Below, one piece after another: positions 10,444-19,884 of a DNA stretch of 49,085 nucleotides. A program made the translations under genes and the position numbers. Under the pieces are notes generated by a model, which searched no databases, was not told the origin of the DNA, and saw only the letters and a list, made by a program, of their open reading frames with translations. This DNA is from Myxococcota bacterium. Its GTDB lineage: Bacteria > Myxococcota_A > UBA796 > SXON01. Each line of letters opens with the position of its first letter. Within the stretch, counting starts at the first letter, position 1. The stretch is from the NCBI GenBank assembly GCA_040386535.1, contig JAZKFH010000053.1:71513-120597 (forward strand), written 5' to 3'.

Positions 10444-12690
10444 ATGGCGCCCCCCGCCGGAAGCCGGGTGGTCGCGGTCGGCGGCGCACGCGATGGTGTC
10501 GGCAAGACGACGTTCGCCGTCAACCTCGCGCTGTCGTTCCTGAAGGAGACGCGCGAGCGCGTGCTCCTGATCGAGCTCGATCGCGCCGGCGCGGGGGACA
10601 GCGCCGCGCTCCTCGGCCTGACCGAGGTGCGCACCATCGCCGACTTCGCGCCCTACCTCGGGCAGCTCACCCCCGAGACCGTGGGCCCGTACATCGCCGC
10701 CCACCCCGCCGGCCTCGGCCTGTTGCCGCTCGCCGCCTCGCCCGAGGCCGCCGACAAGGTGCCGCTCGACGCGGTCAAGCGCATGCTCGAGCTCTGCCTG
10801 CCGCTCGCCAGCTACATCGTGGTGGACTGCGGCGCCGGCGTCGATCCGTTCGGCGTGGCCGCGATGGAGAAGAGCAGCGGCATCTTCCTGGTCACGACGC
10901 CCGACTTCAACGTCCTCCAGGCCACGCGCCGGATGATCGACCAGCTCCAGCAGCTCCAGTTCCCCCAGCAGCTCGTCAAGGTGGTCGTCAACCGCCTCGA
11001 CGCCGCCGGGCCGATCACCAAGGAGCTCGTGCTCGGCCGCCTCGGCCGCCCCGTGCTCGTGACGCTCCCGAAGGACGACACGCTCACCGCGACCCACGCC
11101 GCCCGCGGCACGCCGTTCGTGCTCGACGCGCCCCGCGAGAAGCTCACCCGCCACTACGACGAGCTCGCGCGCCAGCTCGTCGAGAAGGGCGTGCTCGACC
11201 AGCTCGGGCAGCTCGCGCGGCCCCAGGACGTCGGCGTGGCCGACGCGCGCCGGCAGGTCACCGCGGACGACAAGGCCAAGGAGGTCGCCGGGTGGATGAA
11301 GTCGCGCGGCGGGCGGGGCGGCCGCGGCGGGCAGAAGGGCGAGATCGACGGGCGCACCGCGGTCAAGATGCTCATCCACAAGCGCCTGGTCGAGGTGCTC
11401 GATCTGAAGCGCCTGGACCGCGAGCTCGCGAACAACCAGGACCGCGACAAGGTGCTGCGCGAGCGCGCCGAGGTCGCCATCTCGCGCGTGCTCGACGAGG
11501 AGGGCGGCACCATCACGGATCGCGCCGACCGCCAGCGCATCGTGAAGGAGGTCCTCGACGAGGCCCTCGGGCTCGGCCCGCTGGAGGACCTGCTCGCGGA
11601 CGACCGCGTGACGGAAGTGATGGTCAACGGCCGCGACAACGTGTTCGTCGAGATCGGGGGCAAGCTCCAGAAGACCAACCTCTCCTTCACCGACGATCAG
11701 CAGCTGCTCGCGGTCATCGAGCGCATCGTCCAGCCGCTCGGCCGCCGCGTGGACGAGAAGTCCCCGATGGTCGATGCCCGCCTCCCGGACGGCAGCCGCG
11801 TGAACGCGGTCATCCCGCCGCTCGCGATCGACGGCCCCTCGATCACCATCCGTAAGTTCGCCAAGGAGCCCTACAAGGTGGCGGATCTCGTGAAGTTCGG
11901 CGCGTTCACGCCCGAGCTCGCCGATCTGCTGCGCGCCTGTGTCGAGGCGCGGCTCAACATCCTCATCTCGGGCGGCACCGGCTCCGGCAAGACCACGCTG
12001 CTCAACGTGCTCTCGAGCTTCATCCCGCCGGACGAACGCATCGTCACCGTCGAGGACGCCGCCGAGCTCCAGCTCAAGCAGCCCCACGTCGTGCGCATGG
12101 AGTCGCGCCCGCCCAACATCGAGGGCATCGGCGAGGTCAAGATCCGCGACCTGGTGAAGAACTGCCTGCGCATGCGCCCCGACCGCATCGTGGTCGGCGA
12201 GTGCCGTGGCGCCGAGGCGCTCGACATGCTCCAGGCGATGAACACCGGCCATGACGGCTCGCTCACGACGGTGCACTCCAACTCCCCGCGGGACGCGATC
12301 TCCCGCCTCGAAACCCTGGTGATGTTCGCCGGCCTCGACCTCCCCAGCCGCGCCATCCGCGAGCAGATCGGCAGCGCCGTGCACATCATCGTGCAGACGA
12401 CCCGCATGTCGGACGGCTCGCGCAAGGTCATCTCCGTGGCCGAGGTGACCGGCATGGAGGCGAACACCATCACGCTCCAGGAGATCTTCAGCTTCAAGCA
12501 GACCGGCCTGGACGCGAACAAGAAGGTGATGGGCCACCACGCCGCCTCCGGGTTCGTACCGAAGTTCGTCAGCAAGCTCGACGCGCTCGGCATCGAGCTA
12601 CCCCGCGGCATCTTCTCCGCGCCCCCCATGGGCCCCGGCGCCGTCGCCTCGGCCAACAACAACGCCCCGATCCCCCGCGGCCGCCCGTGA
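10444..12690 (+). CDS. cpaF: Fused CpaE/TadZ (MinD-like) + CpaF/TadA pilus assembly ATPase
   Basis: N-terminal deviant Walker A RDGVGKTT.AVNLA and YIVVD; C-terminal GLGPLE.LL.D, VDARLPDGSRVN, GGTGSGKTT, LRMRPDRIVVGE, AMNTGHDG. Confidence 0.93.
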   Translation: MAPPAGSRVVAVGGARDGVGKTTFAVNLALSFLKETRERVLLIELDRAGAGDSAALLGLTEVRTIADFAPYLGQLTPETVGPYIAAHPAGLGLLPLAASPEAADKVPLDAVKRMLELCLPLASYIVVDCGAGVDPFGVAAMEKSSGIFLVTTPDFNVLQATRRMIDQLQQLQFPQQLVKVVVNRLDAAGPITKELVLGRLGRPVLVTLPKDDTLTATHAARGTPFVLDAPREKLTRHYDELARQLVEKGVLDQLGQLARPQDVGVADARRQVTADDKAKEVAGWMKSRGGRGGRGGQKGEIDGRTAVKMLIHKRLVEVLDLKRLDRELANNQDRDKVLRERAEVAISRVLDEEGGTITDRADRQRIVKEVLDEALGLGPLEDLLADDRVTEVMVNGRDNVFVEIGGKLQKTNLSFTDDQQLLAVIERIVQPLGRRVDEKSPMVDARLPDGSRVNAVIPPLAIDGPSITIRKFAKEPYKVADLVKFGAFTPELADLLRACVEARLNILISGGTGSGKTTLLNVLSSFIPPDERIVTVEDAAELQLKQPHVVRMESRPPNIEGIGEVKIRDLVKNCLRMRPDRIVVGECRGAEALDMLQAMNTGHDGSLTTVHSNSPRDAISRLETLVMFAGLDLPSRAIREQIGSAVHIIVQTTRMSDGSRKVISVAEVTGMEANTITLQEIFSFKQTGLDANKKVMGHHAASGFVPKFVSKLDALGIELPRGIFSAPPMGPGAVASANNNAPIPRGRP

Positions 12691-13622
12691 TGCTCCCGCA
12701 GTTCTGGGACCTGCTCACCGGCTTCCGCCTCGTGTTCGCGCTGGCCGGCGTCGGCGCGTGGCTGCTCGTCGGCTGGTATGCCGCGCCCTGGTTCGGCGAC
12801 CGCTTCGACACCGCCACCAACGGCTACGTCAAGTGGATGCAGGGCATGTTCGACCGCATGTTTTTGCAAGTGCCGGCGAGCTGGTGCATCGCGTCGATCG
12901 TCGGCTCCGTGCTCGCGTTCGGCACCGCCGGGTGGTTCCTCACCACCGGCATCCCCTTCGAGCCGTGGGGCTACCACATCATCCGGGTGCTGGTCATCGG
13001 CGTCCTGGTCATCGGCCCCTTCGGCCTGCCGGTCGGCTACCGCCTGCCCCGCTACGTGGTCGAGACGATGTGGGAGAACCGCATCGGCCGCTTCGAGGAT
13101 CAGCTGCTCGACGCGCTCGCCTTCATGTCGAACGGCCTCAAATCCGGCCTCTCGCTGCTCCAGGCGATGGACATGGTGCGCGAGGAGCTGCCCGATCCGA
13201 TCTCGCAGGAGTTCGCGCTCATGCTCAACGAGCAGCGGCTCGGCGTGCCCCTGGAGGACGCCCTGCTCGCGCTCGAGAAGCGCATCGGCACCGAGGACAT
13301 CCAGATCATCGTCACGAGCATCAACATCCTGCGCCAGTCCGGCGGCAACCTGTCGGAGACCTTCGACACGGTCGCCCACACCATCCGCGAGCGGAAGAAG
13401 GTGCAGGGCCGCATCGCGAGCCTCACCGCGCAGGGCATCGCGCAGGGCGTCATCATCGTCATGATGCCGTTCGTGCTCGCCTTCATCCTGTGGATGATGG
13501 ACCCGCAGCTCATCTCGCGGCTGTGGACCACGTGGCTCGGGTGGGTCTTCATCTTCGTGATGTTGACGCTGCAGATCGTCGGCGCGTGGATGATCAAGAA
13601 GATCGTGAAGGTGCAGGTTTAG
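12687..13622 (+). CDS. tadB: TadB-like T2SS-F inner-membrane platform protein
   Basis: FEDQL.DAL..MSNGL.SG.SL.QA, SGGNL.E.......TIRER, LTAQG. Confidence 0.92.
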   Translation: MMLPQFWDLLTGFRLVFALAGVGAWLLVGWYAAPWFGDRFDTATNGYVKWMQGMFDRMFLQVPASWCIASIVGSVLAFGTAGWFLTTGIPFEPWGYHIIRVLVIGVLVIGPFGLPVGYRLPRYVVETMWENRIGRFEDQLLDALAFMSNGLKSGLSLLQAMDMVREELPDPISQEFALMLNEQRLGVPLEDALLALEKRIGTEDIQIIVTSINILRQSGGNLSETFDTVAHTIRERKKVQGRIASLTAQGIAQGVIIVMMPFVLAFILWMMDPQLISRLWTTWLGWVFIFVMLTLQIVGAWMIKKIVKVQV

Positions 13623-13646
13623 GAAGGGTCGGATAGCGCACTCGCC

Positions 13647-14075
13647 ATGCCGACCACCCACGACGGGATCTCCTGCCCCCTGCCCGTGAACCCCACCTCG
13701 GTGGTGGTCGGGCTCGCGTTTCTCGGCGCCGCCGCCGCGCTCGCGTACTTCCGCATCGGCGCCTACGTGCCCTCCGTGGGCCTCGCCCTCGTCGGCCTGC
13801 TCGTGCTCATCAACCAGAAGGGCACGCGCCGCATCCGCGTCATCTCCAGCAAGCTCGTGGTCGAGGACGAGCGCCTCATCCGCAACCTGCTCATCGGCCC
13901 GGCGCGTTCGCGGGTGGAGTGGAAGCAGGTGCGCGCCGTGCGGATCGACGGAAACAGCCTCAAGCTGGAGACCGACGCCGCCCCCTTCGTGACCGGGCAG
14001 GGCGCCACGCCCGAGGATCTCGAGGCGCTCAAGGTGCGGGTGGAGGCCGCGATCGCGAAGGAGCGGGCGGGCTGA
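13647..14075 (+). CDS. Two-TM membrane protein with PH-like soluble tail
   Basis: Two hydrophobic segments then '..VEWKQVRAVRI..'; good GC3 bias. Confidence 0.65.
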   Translation: MPTTHDGISCPLPVNPTSVVVGLAFLGAAAALAYFRIGAYVPSVGLALVGLLVLINQKGTRRIRVISSKLVVEDERLIRNLLIGPARSRVEWKQVRAVRIDGNSLKLETDAAPFVTGQGATPEDLEALKVRVEAAIAKERAG

Positions 14076-14754
14076 CCGTTTCCAGCGTCTTGCGCCACGC
14101 CGCCCGCAGTGTCGCGCGGCTCTCCGGGTACCGCTCGGCGGAGAACTCCGCCCCCGTCACGCGGTCCGTGCGGAACCGGCGGAAGCCCTCGCGCAGCTCG
14201 CACCACGCGATGAGGATCCGCACCGTGTCCCAGTAGCCCACGGTCACCGGCCATACGACGCGCTCGCTCTCCTGGCCCGCCTCATCGCGGTACCGCAGGG
14301 TGATCTTGCGGCCGGCGTGGATCTGGGCGCGCACCCGGCTCATGTCGAGGCCGTCCGCGGGCGCGTTCCACATCGGCGGGGCCGCGCTCGCCGGCTCCGC
14401 GACGTAGGGCCGCAGCCGCTCGGGCACGGCGGCGCTGATCTTGGCGATGAGGTCCTGGGCGGCCTTGACCAGCGCCGGGTCCCCGCGGCGGGCCACCCAC
14501 TGCGCGCCGAGCACGGCCACCTCGATCTCGTCGGGCGTGAGCATCAGCGGCGGCATGTCGTACCCGCCCTCGAGGACGTAGCCCACGCCGGCCTCCCCGC
14601 GGATGGGCACCTGCTGCGCCATCAGGTCGGCGATGTCGCGGTACACGGTCCGTTTGGAGGTCTCCAGCTCGGCCGCGATCACGTCCGCCGTGAGCGGGGC
14701 GCGGCTGCGGCGGAGGATCTGGATGATCTGGAACAGGCGGTCGGCGCGGCGCAT
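14029..14754 (-). CDS. YafY-family HTH-WYL transcriptional regulator
   Basis: MRRADRLFQIIQILR, S.RTVYRDI..L, GEAGVGY, AWCELR..FR.FRTDR. Confidence 0.95.
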   Translation of the reverse strand: MRRADRLFQIIQILRRSRAPLTADVIAAELETSKRTVYRDIADLMAQQVPIRGEAGVGYVLEGGYDMPPLMLTPDEIEVAVLGAQWVARRGDPALVKAAQDLIAKISAAVPERLRPYVAEPASAAPPMWNAPADGLDMSRVRAQIHAGRKITLRYRDEAGQESERVVWPVTVGYWDTVRILIAWCELREGFRRFRTDRVTGAEFSAERYPESRATLRAAWRKTLETVSPPAPSRSRPPPAP

Positions 14755-14778
14755 GGCACCCGGTATCCCCCTTTGTGA

Positions 14779-14817
14779 CCCTGCTGCCAGACTGCTGACA
14801 CAAGGGTGGCAGCAGGG
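14779..14817. promoter_or_regulatory. Palindromic operator in the WYL/GST divergent promoter
   Basis: CTGCTGACA-N6-TGGCAGCAG (14792-14815) plus an extra direct half-site CTGCTGCCA (14781-14789). Confidence 0.75.
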
Positions 14818-14855
14818 CGGCGATAGAAGGGTTTCACGTTCGAAGGAGAACGGTC

Positions 14856-15578
14856 ATGACCCACCCCATCACGCTCTTTGCCACCGGCGCCCACTTCGGC
14901 CTCCCCGAGGCCAGCCCCTATGTCACCAAGGCCGAGGTCCAGCTCCAGATGGCGGGCCTCTCCTATCGGAAGGAGGGAGCCAGGCCCGACCGCTCGCCCA
15001 AGGGCCAACTCCCCTTCATCGACGACGAGGGGGAGTTGGTCGCCGACTCCACGTTCATCCGCGCCCACCTCGAACGCAAACACGGCTTCGATCTGGACGC
15101 CCACCTGGACGCCCGCCAGCGCGCCGAGGCCTGGGCCATCGAGCGCATGTTGGAGAACCACCTGGGGTGGACCAGCACATGGGCCCGGTGGCTCCTGCCC
15201 GAGAACTTCGAGAAGGGGCCCGGGCGTTTCTTCGACAACGCCCCCGAGGCCGTCCGGGACCAGCTGCGCGCGGACGTCCAGGGCCGCGTGGCCGCCAACG
15301 TCAAAGGGATCGGCATCGGCCGCCACACCCCCGACGAGATCGTGGAGCTCGCCGATCGCTCGCTCTCGGCGTTGTCCGTCCTCCTCGGTGACAAGCCGTA
15401 CCTGATGGGCGATCAGCCGAGTGGTGTGGACGCGACCGCGTTTGCCATCCTCGCGGGCCTGCTCACCCCCTTCTTCGACTCGCCGCTCCGCCGCCGGGCA
15501 GAGGCGTATGGGAACCTCACGGCCTACGTCGCGCGGATGATGGCGCGGTACTACCCCGACCATCCGTGGCAGAGCTAA
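14856..15578 (+). CDS. Glutathione S-transferase-like protein (metaxin/FAX-like subgroup)
   Basis: SPY..K.E..L.M, SPKGQLPFI.D.G..VADS.FI, LGDKPYL.GD.PS.VDA; AAGGAG SD. Confidence 0.9.
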   Translation: MTHPITLFATGAHFGLPEASPYVTKAEVQLQMAGLSYRKEGARPDRSPKGQLPFIDDEGELVADSTFIRAHLERKHGFDLDAHLDARQRAEAWAIERMLENHLGWTSTWARWLLPENFEKGPGRFFDNAPEAVRDQLRADVQGRVAANVKGIGIGRHTPDEIVELADRSLSALSVLLGDKPYLMGDQPSGVDATAFAILAGLLTPFFDSPLRRRAEAYGNLTAYVARMMARYYPDHPWQS

Positions 15579-15740
15579 GGGCCCGCTCCTCAATAATGTC
15601 CGCATTCGGCCGCCCCTGGGCTCGCGTCCGCGGCGTCGCTCGTCGGTCACATGCCTACGGGCATGCTCCCTCCTCGCTCCTTGCGGCCGCGGCCCAGGGT
15701 CGCCCTCGGTGCTGGACATTATTTCCGGGCGGACCCCAAG
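15576..15740. repeat. About 165-bp MITE-like palindromic element
   Basis: Imperfect terminal IR taagggcccgctcctcAATAATGTCC ... GGACATTATTtccgggcggaccccaag; inner arms CCCTGGGC/GCCCAGGG; central CATGCC-TACG-GGCATG hairpin. Confidence 0.7.
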
Positions 15741-15784
15741 GGTAGGGAAGCGAGCGCGATCCTACCTTCCTGGCGGAGGGCACC

Positions 15785-17173
15785 ATGTGGGTGTGGATCG
15801 CGGCGGCGATGGCGGCGGACGTGACGGTCAACGAGGGCACCGTGTGGGTGGATGGCGTGCAGGTTGCCACCTACCCACGCGCCCCCCGCGCGGCGGTCGA
15901 GGAGGGCGGCCGGCTCTACGTCCTCACGGCAGAGGGGGCGCTCCAGACGTGGCAGGTGACACCCGCCCGGCTGCTCGCCACGGGGCACGTGCCGGGTGCG
16001 GAAGATTTGTTCGTGGCGGGCGGCCGCGTTTGGGTCGAGAAGCGCGAGACGCGCGCCGTGCCCATCGACGAGGTGGCGCGGGGTGGGGGTCCGGCGGGCG
16101 CGCCCCAGGTGACACCCCCGCCTCCACCAGCCCGCGTGGTCCGCAAGGGAAAGGGCGTCGCCGTGGTCGATCGGGGCGCGCAGGACGGCCTCGCCGTGGG
16201 CGACGAGGTGCGTTTCCTCGGCGCCGAGACACAGTTGGTTCCGGCGATGGACACGGCCGGGACCGAGCGCCGCCCGGTCGAGCGTGTGGTGGCAAGCGGG
16301 CGGGTGCGCCTCACCGAGGACAATCGCGCCCTGGTCGACCTCGCGCGCGGCGGGCGTGTGGACGAGGGTGACCGGCTCGAGCCCCACCCCGGCGCCTACG
16401 CCTACCCCGTCGCGCCCGAGCGGCTCGGTGGCGTCGGGGAGATCGGCAAGGTCGTGCGGCCGCTGCTCGCGCTGCAGACGGTCGGCGTGGCCGTGGTCGC
16501 CGAGGCGTGGGTCACGTGGACGTTCCGATCGCCCTGGTACGTACAGGCGCGCCTCGCACCGGTGGGGCTCGGGTGGAGCCGCGACGGGAGCCCGTTCACC
16601 GTGGCGGGACTCGGCACCGCGGGCTTCGACAGCCGCTACTTCTCCGTGGGCCTCGGCGCCGGTTGGTCGAGGCTCGACAGCGACCCCGGCGTGCCGGGCC
16701 ACGCCACCACCGGTCCCGACGCGCCCGCCGCGGACATCCCCCACGTCGAGAGCGCCTTCGCGTTCGTGCAGGAGGCCCGCCTCGGCGCACGCGACGGATT
16801 GCACGTCGGCGTCCGCAACACCCTCCTGCTCGCGCCCACCTACCGCGTCGAATACACGTGGGACCCCGACAAGAACACGGAGCACAGCTACGTCGTGAGC
16901 GAGGGCGAGGGCTTCGTGTTCGGCGGCATCGCGATGGAGCTGGCGGTCCCCACCGGCGACCGCACCGACCTGTTCGTCGATTGGGGCACCGGCCGCGCCG
17001 GCGCCACCTGGGTCGAGGGCGGCGTGAGCTCCTGGCTGCGTGGCAACGGCGACCGCGGCAGCCTCGGCCTCCGCGTCGGCGCGGGCTACGCGTCGGTGCG
17101 TGGCAACGCCGACCAGGAGGCCGTGGAGCTGTACGGGCCCATGGTGAGCGTGGGGGGGAGGGTGCGGTTCTGA
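15785..17173 (+). CDS. Exported hypothetical protein with probable C-terminal outer-membrane barrel
   Basis: GGAGGG SD, signal peptide, 'VVDRG..DGL.VGD', terminal VSVGGRVRF. Confidence 0.7.
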   Translation: MWVWIAAAMAADVTVNEGTVWVDGVQVATYPRAPRAAVEEGGRLYVLTAEGALQTWQVTPARLLATGHVPGAEDLFVAGGRVWVEKRETRAVPIDEVARGGGPAGAPQVTPPPPPARVVRKGKGVAVVDRGAQDGLAVGDEVRFLGAETQLVPAMDTAGTERRPVERVVASGRVRLTEDNRALVDLARGGRVDEGDRLEPHPGAYAYPVAPERLGGVGEIGKVVRPLLALQTVGVAVVAEAWVTWTFRSPWYVQARLAPVGLGWSRDGSPFTVAGLGTAGFDSRYFSVGLGAGWSRLDSDPGVPGHATTGPDAPAADIPHVESAFAFVQEARLGARDGLHVGVRNTLLLAPTYRVEYTWDPDKNTEHSYVVSEGEGFVFGGIAMELAVPTGDRTDLFVDWGTGRAGATWVEGGVSSWLRGNGDRGSLGLRVGAGYASVRGNADQEAVELYGPMVSVGGRVRF

Positions 17174-17243
17174 TTTGGTTTGGGCCGCGCCCGTTACACC
17201 CGGCGCACCCGGCGGCCCCGGCGCACCCAACGGACCCGGCGGC

Positions 17244-17371
17244 CCCGGCGGCGCGGACGCCGCCGTCGGGTCGGCTCCAGGCGCGCTTCGCTTGGTCCGG
17301 CCGCGCTCCCCGGGCGGAGCGCGGCCGGGACCGGCCGCGCGGACGCGGCCGCCTTGCGCGCCCCTGGCCGG
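17244..17371. repeat. Structured interspersed repeat family A, copy 1
   Basis: Near-identical to 25917-26048; multiple hairpins. Confidence 0.85.
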
Positions 17372-17417
17372 CCCTTCTCGGCTCGCCCCGCCGCGGACCT
17401 CGCGATAGGACACCCCC

Positions 17418-17789
17418 ATGACGATGCTTCAAAAGGTCGCGTTCACGATGTTCCCGGTGACCGACACCGCGCGGTCGCGCGCGTTCTACGAGGGCACGCT
17501 GGGCTTGACGGTCGGCTCCCACGCGTCCAACGGCGTGTGGACCGAATACGACCTGCCCGGCGGCGGATGCCTGGCGCTCTTCAACCATCCCGACCCGACC
17601 CACACCCCCAGGTTCGGCGGTGCCAGCATCGCGTTCGAGGTCACCGACCTCGACGCCCTCAACAGCCAACTCAAGCAAGCCGGCGTGACCTACGCCGCCG
17701 ACCTGGTGCACTCGCCGGTGTGCCGCATGTCGATCATCGCCGACCCCGACGGGAACGCGATCATCCTGCATGAGCTCAAGAGGCGGTAG
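17418..17789 (+). CDS. VOC/glyoxalase family protein
   Basis: VTD..R.RAFY...LGL, IAFEV.DLDA, DPDGN.I.LH. Confidence 0.92.
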   Translation: MTMLQKVAFTMFPVTDTARSRAFYEGTLGLTVGSHASNGVWTEYDLPGGGCLALFNHPDPTHTPRFGGASIAFEVTDLDALNSQLKQAGVTYAADLVHSPVCRMSIIADPDGNAIILHELKRR

Positions 17790-17915
17790 GGCATTGGACA
17801 CGCCCTGGTACGGCGCGGAACCGCTGCGGATCCTGCCGCTCCCGGAGCGAGTGCCACAGGCGGATGGCAGCTACGTCGAGCACTGGGAGATGGAGCTCGA
17901 GCGGCCTAGTGTGAT

Positions 17916-18512
17916 TCAGTCCCACTCCTCCGGGATCGCGTAGGAATAAACAGCGCCTTCGATCACGAAGGAGGACAGGTCCACGGTCATCGTTCCGCTG
18001 TAACTCTCCAACTGCACTACACCCTCAGGCCGCAACTCGGTCTCGAAACAGGCTTCGGCGACGTCGCCCGTCACGCGGTGATCCACCTCCACCGTGGCCG
18101 GAGACGCCTCGTTCCATTCGTACCCGTCCTCTTGAGCATCCGTCCAGCCCGCGCAATCGCTCTCGATCGTAATCGACAGGTCGTCTATGACCGGGAGCGA
18201 GTTGGAGCGAAGCCTCAGGTCGCAGGCGTTCGCGGGGGAAGAAAGGAAGATGTAGAGTCCCTCGATTTCACCGTCCTCGTCCGCATCGGCGTCTCGGTGA
18301 TGGAAGGTAGAGAGGTGGGCGTCTCCGTTGGTGTAGTCGATGTCTCCGATTTCAGTCGAGACGAACCCAGCTACAACCTTCGCGTTTCCATAACTCTGCG
18401 GAGCGCCGTAGAAGTGCCCGTTTCGGAAGTCATCGCCATAGCCCTGGGTGCACGTAGGCCCGGCTTCGTCTTTTTCCTGCGAACAACCGAGCACCCAGGC
18501 GAAGATGAGCAT
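17916..18512 (-). CDS. Hypothetical lipoprotein with atypical codon usage
   Basis: MLIFAWVLGC lipobox-like start; acidic; visibly lower GC. Confidence 0.65.
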   Translation of the reverse strand: MLIFAWVLGCSQEKDEAGPTCTQGYGDDFRNGHFYGAPQSYGNAKVVAGFVSTEIGDIDYTNGDAHLSTFHHRDADADEDGEIEGLYIFLSSPANACDLRLRSNSLPVIDDLSITIESDCAGWTDAQEDGYEWNEASPATVEVDHRVTGDVAEACFETELRPEGVVQLESYSGTMTVDLSSFVIEGAVYSYAIPEEWD

Positions 18513-18693
18513 GCCACACTTGTACATCAGCCCGACGGACTCAGCAATCGAGAAGCGTGCGCACCTCGCCGAAGCCGACCCTTCGCAGCGGAGGGGTGGC
18601 GGCGGCGGGGCCCGCGCGCAGGCGCAGAGGAATAGGAACCTGCCCGACCCATCCAGATTGCATGACCTGCCCAGACATGGTTATTTGGCGCAG

Positions 18694-18924
18694 ATGAGCA
18701 CGACCGTTACCTTGGAACTCACTGGAGATCAGGCTCTGGTCCTTTTTGATTGGATTGTGCGGTTCAACAATCGCGAATCGGAGGCGTTCGAAGATCAGGC
18801 GGAGCAGCGAGTGCTGTGGGATATCGAGGCAAGGCTCGAGTCCGCGTTGGTGGAGCCGTTTGACTCCTCGTATGCTCGCCTCCTGTCCGAGGCGCGTGAA
18901 CGGGTTCGTGATCCAGCGATGTAG
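18694..18924 (+). CDS. Small helical hypothetical protein (76 aa)
   Basis: MSTTVTLELTGDQALVLFDWI.RFN...AEQRVLWDIE..LE; lower GC. Confidence 0.7.
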   Translation: MSTTVTLELTGDQALVLFDWIVRFNNRESEAFEDQAEQRVLWDIEARLESALVEPFDSSYARLLSEARERVRDPAM

Positions 18925-18951
18925 CCGACTTCCGCCATCGCGGATCGCTCA

Positions 18952-19884
18952 TCACCCCGGTACGATCACAAGCTTCCCCTTCGGCAATCCCGTCCTCTCC
19001 AACTCGGCGATCGCCGCAATCGCCTCGGAGAGCGGCACGACGCGGCCGATCGCTGGAACGAGTATGCCTCGCTCGGCAGCTTCGGTGATGCCCGCCAGGC
19101 TTTGAGGCGTCGGGTTCCCGAAGACCAGGTGATGTCGCGGCGAGAACACCGACCCGATCCACTTGGCAAAGGTGGGGACGATGTGCAGCGACAGGCCACC
19201 GCGCTTCAGCATGACGCCGCTCTGGTGCAGCGACAGGGTGCCGACTGTGTCGAAGACCACGTCGAAGCAACGTTCGAACGAATGGATGTCGAGGGCGCGA
19301 TGGTCGACCACCTCCCCCACCCCCAACGCTCGAGCCTCCTCGCACCGTGTCGCGCTGCAACTGCCGACGACGCTCGCGCCGTACAGACGCGCCAGCTGCA
19401 CCGCCGAACGGCCAACCGCACCCAGGCACCCATTGACGAACACCGCTTGGCCGGCACTCAGCTTCGCCCTTTCCACCAACGCGGTCCACGCCGTCAGGCC
19501 GACGATGGTCAACGCGGCCGCCTCCACGAACGGGACGGAGGGCGGCTTGAGCCAGATGTTCTTCGCGTCGGCAACGACCGCATCGGCCATCGCGCCCGCG
19601 TGGGGGACGGACGTGACGCCGATGACCTCGTCGCCCGGCTTGAAATGGCTCACCCCTGGTCCAACGGCGTCTACGACACCGGCAAAGTCGTGACCGAGGC
19701 CGCGCGGAAAGCGGAACCCGGAGAGCGCCTTCATCTCCCCGCGCCGGATCTTCCAATCCATCGGGTTGACGGATGCGGCCTTGACCTGAATACGAACCTG
19801 GTTTTGTCGAGGGCTGGGCGGCGCGACCTCGTCGAGCCGGAGCTCCTCCGGGCCGCCATAGCGTGAATACTGGATCTTCTTCAT
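18952..19884 (-). CDS. NADP-dependent MDR (quinone oxidoreductase-like) protein
   Basis: YGGPE.L, AASVNP.DWK, G.DFAGVV..VG, VFVNG..GAVG, GKLVI. Confidence 0.92.
   Translation of the reverse strand: MKKIQYSRYGGPEELRLDEVAPPSPRQNQVRIQVKAASVNPMDWKIRRGEMKALSGFRFPRGLGHDFAGVVDAVGPGVSHFKPGDEVIGVTSVPHAGAMADAVVADAKNIWLKPPSVPFVEAAALTIVGLTAWTALVERAKLSAGQAVFVNGCLGAVGRSAVQLARLYGASVVGSCSATRCEEARALGVGEVVDHRALDIHSFERCFDVVFDTVGTLSLHQSGVMLKRGGLSLHIVPTFAKWIGSVFSPRHHLVFGNPTPQSLAGITEAAERGILVPAIGRVVPLSEAIAAIAELERTGLPKGKLVIVPG

Noticed and set aside
8965..12540. 1191-aa minus-strand ORF
   Set aside because: Antisense shadow of cpaC/cpaF caused by high GC3; no motifs.
17794..17943. 49-codon ORF (LDTPWYG...HWEMELE)
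   Set aside because: Coding-like but short, with no SD or recognisable family; probably a gene remnant.
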